From Rickettsiales bacterium (lineage in GTDB: Bacteria; Pseudomonadota; Alphaproteobacteria; UBA8366): a stretch of DNA of 64,000 nt. The DNA is taken from positions 3,891 to 67,890 of the forward strand of contig JAYPOZ010000008.1 of the NCBI GenBank assembly GCA_038131165.1. Reading direction: 5' to 3'. How positions within the stretch are numbered: position 1 is the stretch's first letter; each line of letters starts with the position of its first letter. Of the stretch, positions 63,928 to 64,000 are shown piece after piece. Both the position numbers and the translations under genes were made by a program. Under the pieces are notes generated by a model. That model was not told the DNA's origin and did not search any database. It saw nothing but the letters and a program-made list of their open reading frames with translations.

Positions 63928-64000
63928 GCGGTTATTCCCGACCGGGCTGTCAATGCCCGGCGGCTGATCTAACTGCAGCTATGGCGCCGCGTTTGCGCGC

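Overview
This is a 64-kb chromosomal segment from a high-GC genome. It is probably alphaproteobacterial. That is an inference from the split pntAA/pntAB/pntB genes, the rpsU/COQ9-family synteny and remembered protein similarities, because no search was possible. I support about 58 protein-coding genes, one tRNA-Thr(CGU), four hairpin terminators and one tandem repeat. I found no rRNA, CRISPR array, transposase, integrase or recognisable phage or defence genes.

Gene content, in order along the window:
- a tesA-like gene divergent from a YbbA/YbbP-type ABC pair
- BI-1/YccA and a DUF62 SAM hydrolase
- a group of protein-modification-type enzymes: TPR-GT41, an APH-fold kinase, a methyltransferase and an Asp/Asn-hydroxylase-like cupin
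- a peptide-type ABC importer
- a compact glycosyltransferase / formyltransferase / methyltransferase locus
- a 1031-aa ABC-fold protein with a degenerate ATP site and a C-terminal cNMP-binding domain
- a fused indolepyruvate:ferredoxin oxidoreductase
- a block of redox and hydrolytic enzymes (LLM, SDR, UbiD, amidase, TauD, Tat-signal AKR) with an embedded class III cyclase
- PepF and two tandem DAO-family paralogs
- a chemoreceptor interrupted by an in-frame TAA
- pntAA-pntAB-pntB
- rpsU, which the ORF track missed and which has no canonical start codon
- def coupled to a COQ9-family gene
- a PurE-like gene lacking the catalytic His
- a GGAEF-variant GGDEF protein
- pfk flanked by two DUF465 genes

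The best candidate for an undescribed system is the cNMP-ABC protein together with the convergent glycosyltransferase locus (16.8-25.3 kb).

All domain calls are motif recognition by eye, not HMM or BLAST results. Every hand-indexed coordinate was cross-checked against a neighbouring ORF-track stop or start.
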